DNA of 64,000 bases from Eukaryota sp. TZLM1-RC (Eukaryota > Protista > Metamonada: BaSk clade), in assembly GCA_040285825.1 (NCBI GenBank), contig JAUPSS010000002.1:1798001-1862000 (forward strand), given 5' to 3'. Below, in pieces: positions 23,291 to 37,400 of this stretch. Position 1 is the first letter of the stretch; each line of letters opens with the position of its first letter. Below the pieces are notes generated by a model, which was given only the letters and a program-made list of their open reading frames with translations, ran no database searches and was not told the origin of the DNA. A program made the translations under genes and the position numbers.

Positions 23291-25140
23291 ATGTCTGAAT
23301 CTTCGGAATCAGAATTAAGGATGCCAGCTGGGCCTTCTATCCGGCTGGCTGAATTCCTCTTCAATCCTGAACAAATGAGGGGACCTGTGTGTTCATTCAT
23401 GTTGTCTTTCATCAAAGGTAGCCCACGCAGATTATTGGACATCTGTGCAACATCTCAAAGCACCCGATTCGAAAGAAAGATGCGAAAAGGGGATTGTCAA
23501 CTACTCTACCTTTCGCAATGCAAGTATGTCTCCCTTCGTCTATTTTTGACTGCAGTTGATAGGTACTGTTTCCTCTTTCGTTCTTATGTTAGACCCCATC
23601 TAGTGATTCCAAGTATCCTGAGATATTTATTGCTGTTCTTCTTATCACCATTTCTTGTATTTTTTAGGAAATTTCGGAGACTGGGAAGATATTCCTTCAA
23701 ATACAAGGGACCTGTAGCAGGAGAGATTTTGCGAAGAATTCGAAGTCATAAACTTCAGCTTCGTCCCACAGAACCCACCACCCAAGATCAGCCAATTTCC
23801 AAGGGAGTAGATGTTTATCGTGACGGTAAACTCATGGTGGAGAACGTTTTAAACCCTAAGTTCATCTATGGCTACGTCTCAATATTTTTTGCAACTTACA
23901 AGATTCCCATAGCCTTTTCCATAGCTTCTGCACTTACCACTTCCATTCTCTCCATGTCTGGTTTATTTGCATCAAAGTATCACATATCTATTTTAAGGTC
24001 ACTGACTCTTGTGGTGTATCCCAGTTCAATGTTTATTCTAAGGCTTATATTCAAGGACTGGATGACTTCAATAGTAGGATCTTTACCTGTATGTTATTTA
24101 TGTTCATTTAAATCAAGATTATTATTGGTAGAATTATTTACCCTTGGTTGAAAAGTGGCCAGCTCAACCTTGTTGTCTTGGCAATTGGAATTGCTATAGG
24201 ATTATACATCATCTTCAATAGTTTCTTTCTTGTCCGACCTGCTCCACCTGCACTCATGCTATTCACCAAAGATGGACCACTTGCAAGTTATGAGAACATG
24301 GAAGAGGATGGTCCTTGGTGGTTGAAAGCGAACAAGTACTGGGTATGTCTATTATTATTTTGTGTTGCTTATTTCAGGTATGGAGAAATTTACTCGTTGT
24401 TAGTGGAGAAATCAACAAGGTTTGTGGTTAGTTTTATTACTAAGTTCAGTTCTGGGAACGAGACTGGGAAAGGGTTGAGCTGTGGATCAATGCAGACACT
24501 GAATCACCTGATTGTGGTTGTTTAGAGTGGATTACAACTGATATTCACTGGAGAGAGGTATGGATTCCTGGAAACAGGTTAGTGAAGAGTGAAAAATACG
24601 AACTTCAAAAACAGCAGTGCTTAGATAGTATTGAACAAGGCAAAGGAGGCTTCTGGCAGGTCGAAGTAGATGCAGACGTCGTTTTTCACAGTCCGTTGAT
24701 GCTTACATTGGGCTTTGTGCCTAGTGAAGAACGTTTACCTGTACAGAAAATCAATCACCTTTTCAGTGCATTGTTCAAGACGCAACGACGTGAAGATCCA
24801 ACACCATATAAGCGTAAATTAGAGAGGTATGTCGTAGCCTAATTAACTCAAGGATTCAGCTTGATATTGGGCGAGAATTCTTTACCGATACCCCAGAGTT
24901 CTTGACAGACAAAATAGCTGATAATATGCTTTCAATTCCATTTACTTAGTTTGTTTTCTTGTAGATATAACTTCAGCTGGTTTGTTATTGCTACTTGTTT
25001 ATTTTAGGCGTTACCCGTTTGGCGTAAATACAAAGAGATCACTGCACTTGTACGGTGATCCAGGTCTTGCAAAGAGGGAGAGAGCAAGTGAGGTGCAATA
25101 CCAAATTAAAGCACCAATAGAAGATGTTAGACAATTGTAA
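23291..25140 (+). CDS. Multi-exon membrane protein of unknown function
   Basis: ORFs 23291-24151, 24148-24525 and 24582-24842 join via predicted introns 24089-24117, 24343-24377 and 24420-24449; several hydrophobic segments; 3' exons less certain. Confidence 0.6.
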
Positions 25141-25450
25141 ATAAATTGGAATCGTTCCTGTTTTTGGTTGTACTCATTGTACTTGAAGAGTAACAATTTG
25201 AAGGAGGGTTAGAAGATTCTCCTTCATGAGCTGTCTGACTTGCCTCAGATATCGCTTGATTTGTAGCGCATTTGCTCAATTGAAGAACATTTCTCAAATA
25301 ATAATTATTGTTGCCGAAATGTGTGTTGTTGACTACAGTTATAGTTTGAAGATTTATCGTAGTTTAACGTAGTTACCAAAATATAATGTAAAATCATAAA
25401 CATCAAATTAAAATTTATAAAAGCTAATGTACAAAAAGCAGCAAAACTAC

Positions 25451-28400
25451 TTACACATACTCAATATGAGCACTGTTATCATGAGTGAACTGATGAGCCT
25501 TGACCTTGGCCTTGAGTTTAAGTACTCCATTATTAAGGTCAATATGAGGCCAAATGAAATCTATATCGTTTTCTTCTACAAATATCTCGTTGCTATTATT
25601 ATTACTGTTCTCCACCAAATCGGTCACGTCATTCCAAACACCTTGGAAACCATCAGTAAAGATTGATGTTCCACCACCAATATTACGGCACCTTGAGGGC
25701 ATGTGACATTGGCGACCAAAGGTGGTTGTACTTCGAACCTCCAAATGACTAATTTGCAGAGAACAATTACGAATAGTGGAAGTACCATAAAGTCGAACAG
25801 TGGAGCTAACGTCCCAATAAGCTTCGATGGATTCCAGAGTAGAATGAATATCAATCACACCATTGCCTGAAAGTAATCCGAAATTATAAAAGGTTCCATA
25901 AACACTTAATGTTCCAGAACTCTGAGAGCGAACAAACTCAGCTCCTCTTGAAATGGTGAACATACAATGACTGTTGGCTTGGAAAATGTTGTTTGAACCA
26001 CTATGTACCATTTTAGCGCCTTCAGTTAAGGTGATACTGGAACCTGAAGTACCACAAGAAAGATGTCCCACGGACCAAACGACTTGATCTGAATTGAAAT
26101 AGATTTGAATTCCATCCCTGATAGTATGGGTATTTGATTGCAGACTCGCAGGGCTGGAGACATTGAAGATTCCAGAACCTCTGATAGTAGCGCCTCCCCA
26201 GACAAAGTTAGCTCCTGAATCAATTTCTACATAATTATTGGCACGTATTGTTCCAGAGTGTACAAGTTGATCGTAAAAGACATAGCGATGACTGTTGAGG
26301 TTGAGGGTTCCAGAGACCGTAGTAGTACCTAAATCAATAATATTTGCACCAGGAACCTCCAACCATTGATCATCCACCTTGATTCTTTGGGGGTCAACAA
26401 AGTTGAGAGTACTACTAGATCCAATGGTGGTAGCAACTGAGTCTAGTGTACCATTGAAATTAAGAGTAAAAGAACTGGAGAGTCTTAATAAACCCCTATT
26501 GAACAAAATAGATGATTCCGTAAATGTTACAGTAGGGGGTCGTTCAAAGTCAAGCTCGCTACCAGATTCAATTGTGATATTACCAGCAACAAAGACATCA
26601 AATGTATAGGATGTTGATGACGAACGTCTAGCAACTTTGAGGAGCGAATTCGATTCAACGAATACTTGACCAAAAACATCAAAATGGACTTGAACCTCCA
26701 TTTCCCGTCGATCAGAAGAAGCAGAACTCACTACGAGAACACCATATACAATAAACCTAGGATCATTATTGGTACTAGATTGAAACACATCCAAGTTTTG
26801 GGTTGCTTCATACCTAAATGTTCCTGAATCTGCAATGATGACTTGAGACGTACTAAGCATGTCAATACGACCCGAAAGCCAGATTAAAGTTCCTCTAACC
26901 TCCATTATGGCTGAGTTGTAGAAATTCTTCGTACCACCATTCCAAAGCGAAGTTCCCTCTATAACAGTTCTACCATTATTGCGGAAGTGGGAATTTTGAC
27001 AATGAAAATGATTTAGGATGAACAAATCACCGTTGCTTCTTCGTGTACCACCATTATGCATAGTTAGATCATAAAAATAAGTAGGGTTTTCCACATAAAT
27101 GTCAACATTATGAGTAAATAAACAACTAGGGAAGATGGTCCTTGAACAGTTTCTAAAGTAAACATTACCATCATTGGCCGAGAAACTATGTACCTCAGGC
27201 CAATGAATCATAACATCTTCATCAAAGTAGACATCACCATCCGTGACGTCCAAGTTGCCGATAAAGAAAATTTCACCTCTAAAATATGAATTTCCAGCTT
27301 CAATTCGAAATAAACCAGCAGGATCAACAGTAATGTTTAAATCCCTAAAGATAAAATGACCACTAGAGTGGGAATACAAAGAATTGGATATTTCCAGCAC
27401 TGAATTACTAAAAGTTATTAAATTGTTATACAAAGAACCACTACTTTCAAGATAAAGATTACCCCCTGCTCCGAGATAATACGAGTCCGAAACATCAGTG
27501 GTGCCATAAAGGTAAAAATCCCCGCTGTTGTGAATTATTGATGAATTAATAGAATAAAAGTCCATACGGAAATTAATTCTTGCAGCTTGTTTAATTAATT
27601 CTCCATAATTAATAAAAAACCAAGGAGAATGAGCATTATAATTAACTGTAGAAGTAGGGTTGAGAGTAAAACTAGCATCTGGATAAACAATGATTCTGGC
27701 AGATGAACTACCATCCATATTACCTAAGTAATGAGTAGCTTGATTTAACACGTGAATATTCCTCTTGTTGAGGAATTTACCAGTGCTGGTTCTGATTTCC
27801 ATATTAGATTCAATAATGGTAGCCCCTTCTCCGGACTGAATTCCTCCGTTAAACTCAAATAAATCACGGATATAAAGAATAAAAGAGCCGGTAAAATGGG
27901 ATGAGTCAGATTGCGAAAGTTTCGGTATAGTTAAAGAGTTGTTGTACAAATTAAATAATGAACTATCAGACATGGAGATTGGGAACGTGTAATTGAATAC
28001 TGAATTAATTAAGTGAAACTGTGAAGTATCCTCTAAATAAAGAGAATTTAAATCAAAATCAAAGAAACTATCATAATAAAGTTTGTGAGAGGCGCTTAAA
28101 ATGAAATCTGACCCAATAAAAAGACACTTTGCGTTCCAGGTAGTGGTACCAGACTCAGTGAATTCAGTTTTTCCTTGAGCCTCCAAGTAAACAGATTCAG
28201 AAAAGTTAAAATTACCAAGTCCAAACAAAAGAACGGATGCAGCAGAAACTGAGATGTTGGAGTTATTAAAGTCAAAATCGGAATCAGATCTACCTAATAA
28301 GATTTCACCAGAATTAAGAATTAATTGACTATTATCAAAAACTGATGGAATTCTAAATGTAGATCGTACACCAGCAGAATTATCAACAGTGAAAAGTGAA

Positions 28401-31400
28401 TTGAATTCACATTTACCATTTTCCGATGTTGTGAATGAACCAATAGAACTCAATTTTGTGGTAAATTGACCTGTCAATTCTGAAAATATTTCAGAATTGA
28501 AAACAACATTGCCACTTAACCATTCCACTTCTCCATGATTGAGTAGAGAGTAATAATTAGAAGCTGAATTACCATTAAAAATTAACCTTGATAACGGTTG
28601 ATTATAGATTTTGCCCTTGAAATTAAAGTCGCCAGATAAAATAGTAAAAACATTAGATAAAATTAAGGAAGAATCAACAGTTGAAGTAATGGTGGACGAA
28701 TCTGACATTTGTAAAGCATCAATTACTAAATCTTGAATGTCAAAATGCAAAACTGAATTATCTTTAAGATGAATTTCAGGGAAGAATTGTTTTGAATCAA
28801 TTGAGTAAACAAAAATTTCAGAATACTCAGTAAGTTCTACTAAACTAGTCATGCCCGCAATTGACACGTTGTTTGACAAGTGAATATAGGCATTATCAGA
28901 TAAGACAAAATTACCAGCAAACTCCAAATGGCCATTAAAAGTAGAATCTGAATTGGTAGTGAATTCGAGCTTACCATCTCCATTCAGAGTAAAAGTATCA
29001 GTAGAATTGATTGAACATGAAGACAAAACTACTGTACAAGGGGAATTAATAGTTAGTTGATTTCTCAATATTCCCCCTCCTCCAGTAATCAAATAACCAC
29101 CATTTTCGAATACCATATGCCCTGAATCATCAAATTTCCAAGAAATTTCAGTATTGGCATTATGAATTATAGAATCCTTAACCAAACCATAATTAATAAT
29201 TCTGGAAGATGAATCGGGAGATTCTAATTTAAATTGAGCATCTGAATAATTGATCTCCAACTCACTTTGATCTAAAACAGTAATTGCTGATTCCAAACTT
29301 CCAATTACGTCACCTTCGGAAATGGTCATTTGGTTCAAAACAATCAGATTTGATTGCTCAAAGTAGAAGGGATCAGCAGTTAAAAACTCTGAAATATTGG
29401 CCCTGACAGACGTAAACTTCATCAAACCAGATAAAAGTTCCAAAACGTCAACATTAAGATAACCATCAACAACTCTTGCATCAGAATCATCAACGACAAG
29501 TTTTGGCAAGTTTGACTCAATGTCGCCCAGGTCAAAAAAGCCATCATTGACACGTATTAATGACAAAGCGGTGACGTCATTGTAAACCATCATTCTTAAC
29601 CTTCCATTTTGATTAATGATTACTTCACTTCCTGTAACAATACCACCAAAATAAACAACAGAATCAGTAGAAACTTCAACACTTCCGATAATGTTTAATA
29701 TAGAATCAGAAAGAAATTCAAACCTTCCATTGGTAAAGTAAAGCAAGCCATTAGTTTCAACAGTAAAAAGAGATCCACCATCCATGAAAAACTTGTAATT
29801 AGGATTAACATCTCCAGATAATATGGCAGTTTTACCGGTAGCAGTCGTATTCCAGAGAAGATCAGCATGGAAAAGATTTGCTCCCGAATCCACAGCTAGA
29901 TATCCATGGTTCAAAAGGATTCCGTCTCTTTTGAAGTAATCATTTGACATTGAAGCAGGAGAAATCAGATTGATTGCAAAAGTACCTGTTTGATTGACTT
30001 CAATTGACCCACCATCGTTGATGACAATATCACCTTCCGTCCAAATCAAATCTTCAAAATTCCAAATCCTAAACTTTTCAATATATTTAGTTTCTGGTCC
30101 TTCAATACGTTCTACTGGAGAGTAAACAAAACCTGTATCATCCAACTTCCCTCCTGAAAAAGCAAAGTAATTTTGGGCATAAACCGGACCTTTCCCAGTG
30201 AGAGTTCCTGAAGATACGTCCAAATGGGTGATATTAATAGAATTACAATGGTACATGAGCAATCCCCCTTGAATTATCCAATGATCAGTTGTTGGAGGAG
30301 CGAGTCTAAAGTCCACAGTTCCCCCCGTAACAAGGAAAGGATCGGCTAATTTGATAATATCTATTGAAGAAAAGAAAATAAGATCACCGCCTGTAATGTT
30401 GAACACTGAATTAAGAGTCCACACCACTTGACGGACATAAGAAGTACCTCCTGACTGAAGGAAGGAACCATTACTAAAAACAACACCTTTTAGTAGGTTG
30501 ACTTGGCCATCAATTACATGGAAAACACCATCATCAAAAGTAGTAATTGATCCAGTTGATTCTAAACCACCAGTTGAAGATTGGTACTCCCCAGAAACAA
30601 TGTTTAATGTGTTAAAGTTGTTGACCAAAAGTGACATTTCAACAGTAGAATCAACAGAAGAGTTCATTGTGACTAGGCCTTCATTATCAATATATGAAAC
30701 AACACCGTCAACGTGTTCCATCTTAAAGGTACTGTTATCAAAATTGATCAAAAAGTGGGCAGATTTTGAATTATTCACGACGGCAAGATTTGACAAGAAG
30801 ATATCACCAGCAAGCCACTCAACCAAATTTTCATTCTGCAACAAACGTTCGTCCATATACTTTGGTAAATCAGTGTAAATCTTAACTCCACCCCTACTGG
30901 TTATGGGAGAAGCCCCAGTGAGACTCCCCCCTTCCCAAAGAAAAGCTTCCCTTGTGTCTAACCAACCTTCGCCTCCAATCACACCATCTCCAGTCAGAGT
31001 AAATACACCATGGAAAACCGAATCGTAAGTAAAGGTATGGATTCCTGAGGAAATAATACCGTCTCCATCAGCTTGGAACTTACCCATCCAAGTGGTAAGT
31101 CCTCCTGTAAAGTTAAAGGAGTGGGGAATCTCAATGTGGGCTCTGCTCCTGACCTGACCTCCATGAACAAATAGTTCGGGTAAACGCATTCTAGAGGTAC
31201 CAAGGAAGTTTAGACTGGATTCGGGAGGACCTTGGACAATAAGTGATCTAACGTTAAGCCAAGCGTGGTCTTCTACATTGACCTCACCTCCATCAACAGT
31301 CATTGAACCTACTGGAGCCAGGATAAACTCGGATCTGGACAAAACATTAGATAAACCTCCTGAAAATAAAAGATTACCGGTACCATAAAGAATATTATCA

Positions 31401-34400
31401 GGGGCAAACGTAGCAACACGGTCACCAAACTCAATAATTGTATCAGAATCAGTAAATATTTGGCCATCATACCAACCACCCCCAGCAAAATTAACATGCC
31501 CTCTTGTAATATTGATAGAAGCAATGTTCTCCACATACCACTCAACCTGATTGTAAACTTCTCTGTACTTTAAGATATGTCCAGCATTGCCAATCAAAGG
31601 AACCCTTCCTTCATCCATGTAGTACATGTTACCACCAGGGACAAAGTGTAAAGTAGCAACAGTTGAAATAATAAGAGCGCCACCATTACGACCATAAACG
31701 TCACCATCAATGTAGTATGTGTGATTGAAAGTTTCAACACGTCTGTTAGTTAAAGTTTTGTTATTAGGACCAATGATGTAGAAAGGCTCAGGAACGTCCA
31801 AAATATTTGTTCCAGAAATTTCACCTCCACTCCAAAATATTGAACTTTTGGTTAATGTTCTACCGGCACCGCCCAAATCACCTCCAGATAAGTGAACTTC
31901 TCCATTGATTGTAAAGGTACCGTCTAAACGATGAACACCACCACTCTGAATCCAAAGGTCCCGAACTTCAACCTGTGAATCACTAGTGAGGGAGCCTCCT
32001 GAAGAGTCTACATTTTCCACAAACAAGGGATATCCATGGAACGCCATAACACCACCAGAAATGTTTAGCCAAAGTCCAAGATTAATTAAATCTAAACCAG
32101 GATCCCAATTCGATTCACCACCTGTATGGTAAGTAACAGAGTCTATATTATAAGTACACGTTACATAGCTGATCCCTCCAGAGAATATCACGTCACCAAG
32201 GCCTTGGACAGTACTACCAGGGAAAAGTTCGGTTTTCCCTCCACCAAATTCCAAAGTGGTACCTTCATGAACTTGATAGGTCCCAGAAGACTCTTGTCCT
32301 CCAGAAACATTGAGATGACCTTGAGTGATATTGACGAGAGAACGTTGGTCAATAAAGATATTAATCTGAGCAATTCCAGACCCCGCCTTGTAAATAAGAC
32401 CCAAATTCTCAAAAACAGACATTGTTCCATTTCCATAAAGCAAGTCCCCTCCAGGAATCATTTTAAAAGAAGAATCCATACGATTTCTAAAGACTGAACC
32501 ATCGTAAGCATAGATAGAACCTCCATGCCATCTACCCTCATCATCATTAAAGAAATCGGCAATGCGAAGTTCCTTTGGTGTTGGTCCTTGGTAGATATCA
32601 AAGGATCCAGTAGTAGAAATACGACCATCTCCACTAATAGCTCCACCATACCATGATAGTAATCCAGAGATTCTAGTTAAATCATCAACTTCCAAGTCTC
32701 CGGCATACAAGTCAGCTGTACCAGAAACGACCAGCTCACGATAAGCAACAAGGCTACCTCCAGGAACATCCATAGAAAGAGCGATAATGTTGACAATGGC
32801 ATCCAAATGTAGCTCACCATCAGTGACCAAGACGTAGCCAAAAATAGTATCAGTTCGATGCAAATGCATTATACCACCACTGATATGAACATGTCGACCA
32901 TTGTTAACCATAATGCATTGAGGATAAAAATCAATTCTTCCACCAGAAACTTCCATTCTGTCTGTAATGTTATACCAAGATTGGTCAATAGCAACACGAC
33001 CTCCAGAGACTTCAAACAATCCATGTTCGACTCTAAGAAACGCACCAAAACTAAAAGTAGCATCACCACCAGCCAATTCAAAGGTACCATCCCCTTCAAC
33101 ATGGACTAAACTTGAATAATTACCTCCACTGGAGAGGGAAAGGGTACCGTCAAGAACATACATGAAGCCAGAATGGGTAATCTCAAATTGAATTTCGACA
33201 TCCGAACTATTGTACTTTGTGGTTTCTCCAAGAGACATAAACTGGGGTAATGCACCACTAGCGTGTATCATTTTACAACTACTATTCCCAGTCATTATAT
33301 AAAACTTTCCTGATGGAGAGTTTCTAAAATCAGCACCATCATGACCGATAATATCTCCAGATAGCCAATATAAATCATTTCTATTATCAATAGTACGCTG
33401 TATTAGGGTGTGAGTATCCCCTTGCACAAACATCTGGTTATCACTACGGAGCACCCCAGAACCCGCAACCACACCTCCTTCCCAAATAAGAGAATCAAGA
33501 GCTCTAATGATACCAGTTCCTTCCAGCAGACCACCGACTTGGACTAGTTTAGTTGCAGATACGTCACCAGAAACGTTGACTGTTCCACCAATAGTATTCA
33601 TTTCGGGAACAAGTAAATCACCTCCTACCAAGACAGTTCCACCTATAACGTTCATATACTCTTGAATACTAGCAGCACCATTAAAAGTATGAGTTCCTCC
33701 AGTAATGTTACCTCGATTAGCCAAGACTGACAACCAGAGAGACTCCCCTCCTTCGAGTGAAAAGTGGGACGAAAGGAAAAGATCACCTCTACCATAAACA
33801 AAACCACCCTTAGATACAACAGCTCTTAAAACAAAGGAAGAACCAGGTGCAAAGTTTGCCACACCATTATAAATAGTCATCACCTCACCAACAGAACGAA
33901 CTTCAGCTTCAGGAAGGAAATCTGTTTGTCCAAATTCAATATCAATGCCAGTTTGGACATCAAGCATGGAGAAAGCCTTCATCTCGATAAATGCAGAATC
34001 ATCTCCACCAAAAACAACTTTACCATCACCACGAATCAAACATTCTTCTTCCATTGTTTGGTAAAAACGTTGGAATTGTAAAGTGGAACCAATAGAGGGG
34101 GTAAACCTGGAGTTACATTCACCACCCCAAAAGGCCAAGGTTTGTGTGTCTGGATTGAGAGTAATTGTACCATTGTTTAGAGTCCAAAACTGTAATTCAA
34201 CATAACCCACTACCAGCTTTTGAATACAACCAAAAACAAGTAATTTGGGGGTCACAGTGACGTTTTCCTGAACAATAAAATTATTGAGAGTATTGATTTT
34301 TAAACAATAAGGGTCATTAATAGCAATTATAGCTCCATCTCCAGCAGAAACGTTACCATTTGTCCAATTAATATCAGAATCCATAATAATTTCACGTTCA

Positions 34401-37400
34401 GAAATAAACTTTGTTTCTTCGCCTCTAATTTCCAAACCACCTCTAAAATTGGTTGTTCCCGTACCATTGAACAAACCAGAAATCCAATGACCTTTGTTTA
34501 GCACAACAATATCAGAGTCACCATCAATTTCTCCGCCATTAAGGAATAGATACTGAGTCTCAACAGTAGACGATGAGTTCCAGAGTCCACCATTAATAGA
34601 TATATTAATAGCATTAATAGAACCTCGAGTTTCCAGGACACCGCCATTAACTGAAATTAAATTGCAGGTAAAACCCTCCAAAATTACAACGTATCCACCA
34701 TTGACAATAACATTGTTACTAATAAGAGCATTTAAAACTACTTCGCCGCCATTGATAATAGTTTCAGAGGAAAAAAAGTCAGCTCCTTCTAGTGTAAGCG
34801 ATCCTCCATTAATTTCGGCCTGTGGGGTAAAGAAATCGCCATATAACCTCAAATTAGTCTCTTGGAATTGGAAAAACCCACAATGAAGTTCACCATAAAC
34901 AACAACTTCACCAGAAAAGAATCTACATTCAGAAGCAGTTAACGAATTGTTGAAATGTGAATATGATCCCGTGAATTCAATGGTGCTGAATATATCGACA
35001 GGCTGGGTAAACAGGATATCCCCAGTTTCACCACTAATATAACCAGAGGCAAAAGTAAAAACATCAGATTCCGCTTTAAAAATACCATCAGAAATAAAAA
35101 AATCTTCAAATAAATAAACTGTAGCTGACGGCGTAAAATGTACATCACCCCCAGATTGTATAAAGGTATTTAGCCCAACATTTGAAACAGAAGTTACGTT
35201 ACCATTAGTAACAATCCAGTCTTCCCTAGCTCCAGTTACAGGCACTCTCCTAGGCATTTCTTCAAAAATAGTGACTGCTTCTGTACCACATTGTTCTGTT
35301 ATTGAAGGAATGGCTGTGCAGGAAACTTCAAAGGGATCAGAATCTAAACGGAATGAGTAAACCATCGAAGTAGAAAGTTCAAAGTTTGGTAAAACAAACT
35401 CAAAATCAGTGGGGAGTGGTACTGGTGGAAGATCGTCAAGATAGCAAACACCATCTGCAAAAACTAAATGGTAACTATTGTCTAATAAACAGTAAGTAAA
35501 TTCATCATTAATAGGATGACAACTAAAGGAAGAAGGAGAAGGAGAAGTTGTTCCCCCTATTTCAGAAAAAGCTAAATCTTCAATAAATAACTCACAAGAC
35601 ACAGTTGATCCGACGTAATCTATTTGGACTGGGTTGCTTGTTTCAAAAAAGTCTGAACAATTGAGATATATGACATTGGAGACAGTAAGTTCATTTCCAG
35701 TATCTTTAGTCAATTTACATAGCAAAGAACCATCATCCCAACATTCAACAGCAGTAACATCATAATAAACATCACGAATAAGGTAAGAGCTTTGATTAAA
35801 AGCACAGGTGTAGTTGTGATCAAGGGTGAAATGTTTGAATATTTCAGCGTGGGGCACTTGGTAATCATAATGAGTAAGATTAACAAAATCATAATCATTA
35901 CTTCCAGATGTCAGTTCAGCATAACATTCTCCTTCTTCGAAAATAAAAGGATTATAATCATCAGCTAAACACAAAGTAAGACCAGAATGGATAGGCCTGC
36001 AATGAACTTCAGGGGGACTGACCGAGGAATTGTGAGTCATTTCTTCAAATGGATCCTGCAAAACATACACTTCGCACTCGACAGTCTCATTTACAACAAC
36101 TAAATCCAACTTAAAAGGAGACCCAACTTCCAAACCATCGGTGCAAGTGATCAAAACTACATCATCAACAATGAGCTCAGGCTCTGTAGAAAAAGACAAC
36201 TGACAAGAAAGTGAACCAGCTTGATCACAATCAATAGCAGCAACATCAACGTGATATGTAAGATTCAAATCAAAGCCATAGTTAAAGGCACAAGTGTAAT
36301 TGTCCCCAAGGAAATAGGTTTGGGAAAGATCTGCTTCTGTTACTTCAATATCATAAAGTGATAAATCAACTTCTTGTGGGATGGAACCATCAACATAAAC
36401 GTCAATGTTACACTCACCATCTTCAAAAACTAAATGGTAACTATTGTCTAATAAACAAAAATTAAATTCATCATTAATAGGATTACAACTAAAAGAAGAA
36501 GGAGAAGGAGAAGTAGTTCCCCCTATTTCAGAAAAAGCTAAATCTTCAATAAATAAATCACAAGACACAGTTGATCCGACGTAATCTATTTGGACTGGGT
36601 TGCTTGTCCTCAAACCATCTGAGCATTCCAATAAGCGAACCTTATCAGCCGTTATAGCGGGAGAAGAGGAAAATGAAAATAAACACAATAGAGAATCTTC
36701 CTCCCAGCAATCAATAGAAATGATATCATCATGGAAAGAATGAATGAGGTAATGACCATTAGTAAACGAACATGTGTAATTAGCCGCTAGTTGGAAATCA
36801 CTGTAGTTGCTAGAAAAAGTGAAATTAGAGTGAATAAAAGAAGGTAAGCAATCGCCAAACATTGTAAAATCATTACAACTGACCTTATCATCATCCACAA
36901 AACAACCAAAACAAGTATTTTCAATAGTACAAGTGGCAAACTCATTCTCCAAGGTAACATTTCTACAGACATGAACCAACTCACTACCAACAGGAACAGA
37001 AACATTGCGAATGGTGTACTCAAACTCATCTTCTAACCAAGAAGTAAAAGTATTTTCTGAAAAATACGAAAGACCATTGATGGCACGAAGAGTACCACTA
37101 TTGTTATAAGAAGCTCCTTCGTAAAAAGTAATAAAAGTTTCTTCCAAGTCTAGCTGACAGCCATCCTCCATTAAAAAGGTACCATTAACAAACAAACCCC
37201 CAGAAAGCTGCGTTTGAACCTTGTTTGTAGCAGAGAAAGTACCAGAGGATGAAATGAAGAAAGGAACATTATACCTTGAGCCTCTTCCACCAGTTTGAAC
37301 AAACTTTCCTAAAACATTAATAGCACACTGTCCTTCATAACTAGTACCATTACGTTGATCACAAGTAGCACAAGAGGGAAGTATAAAGTCAGGGCCATAC

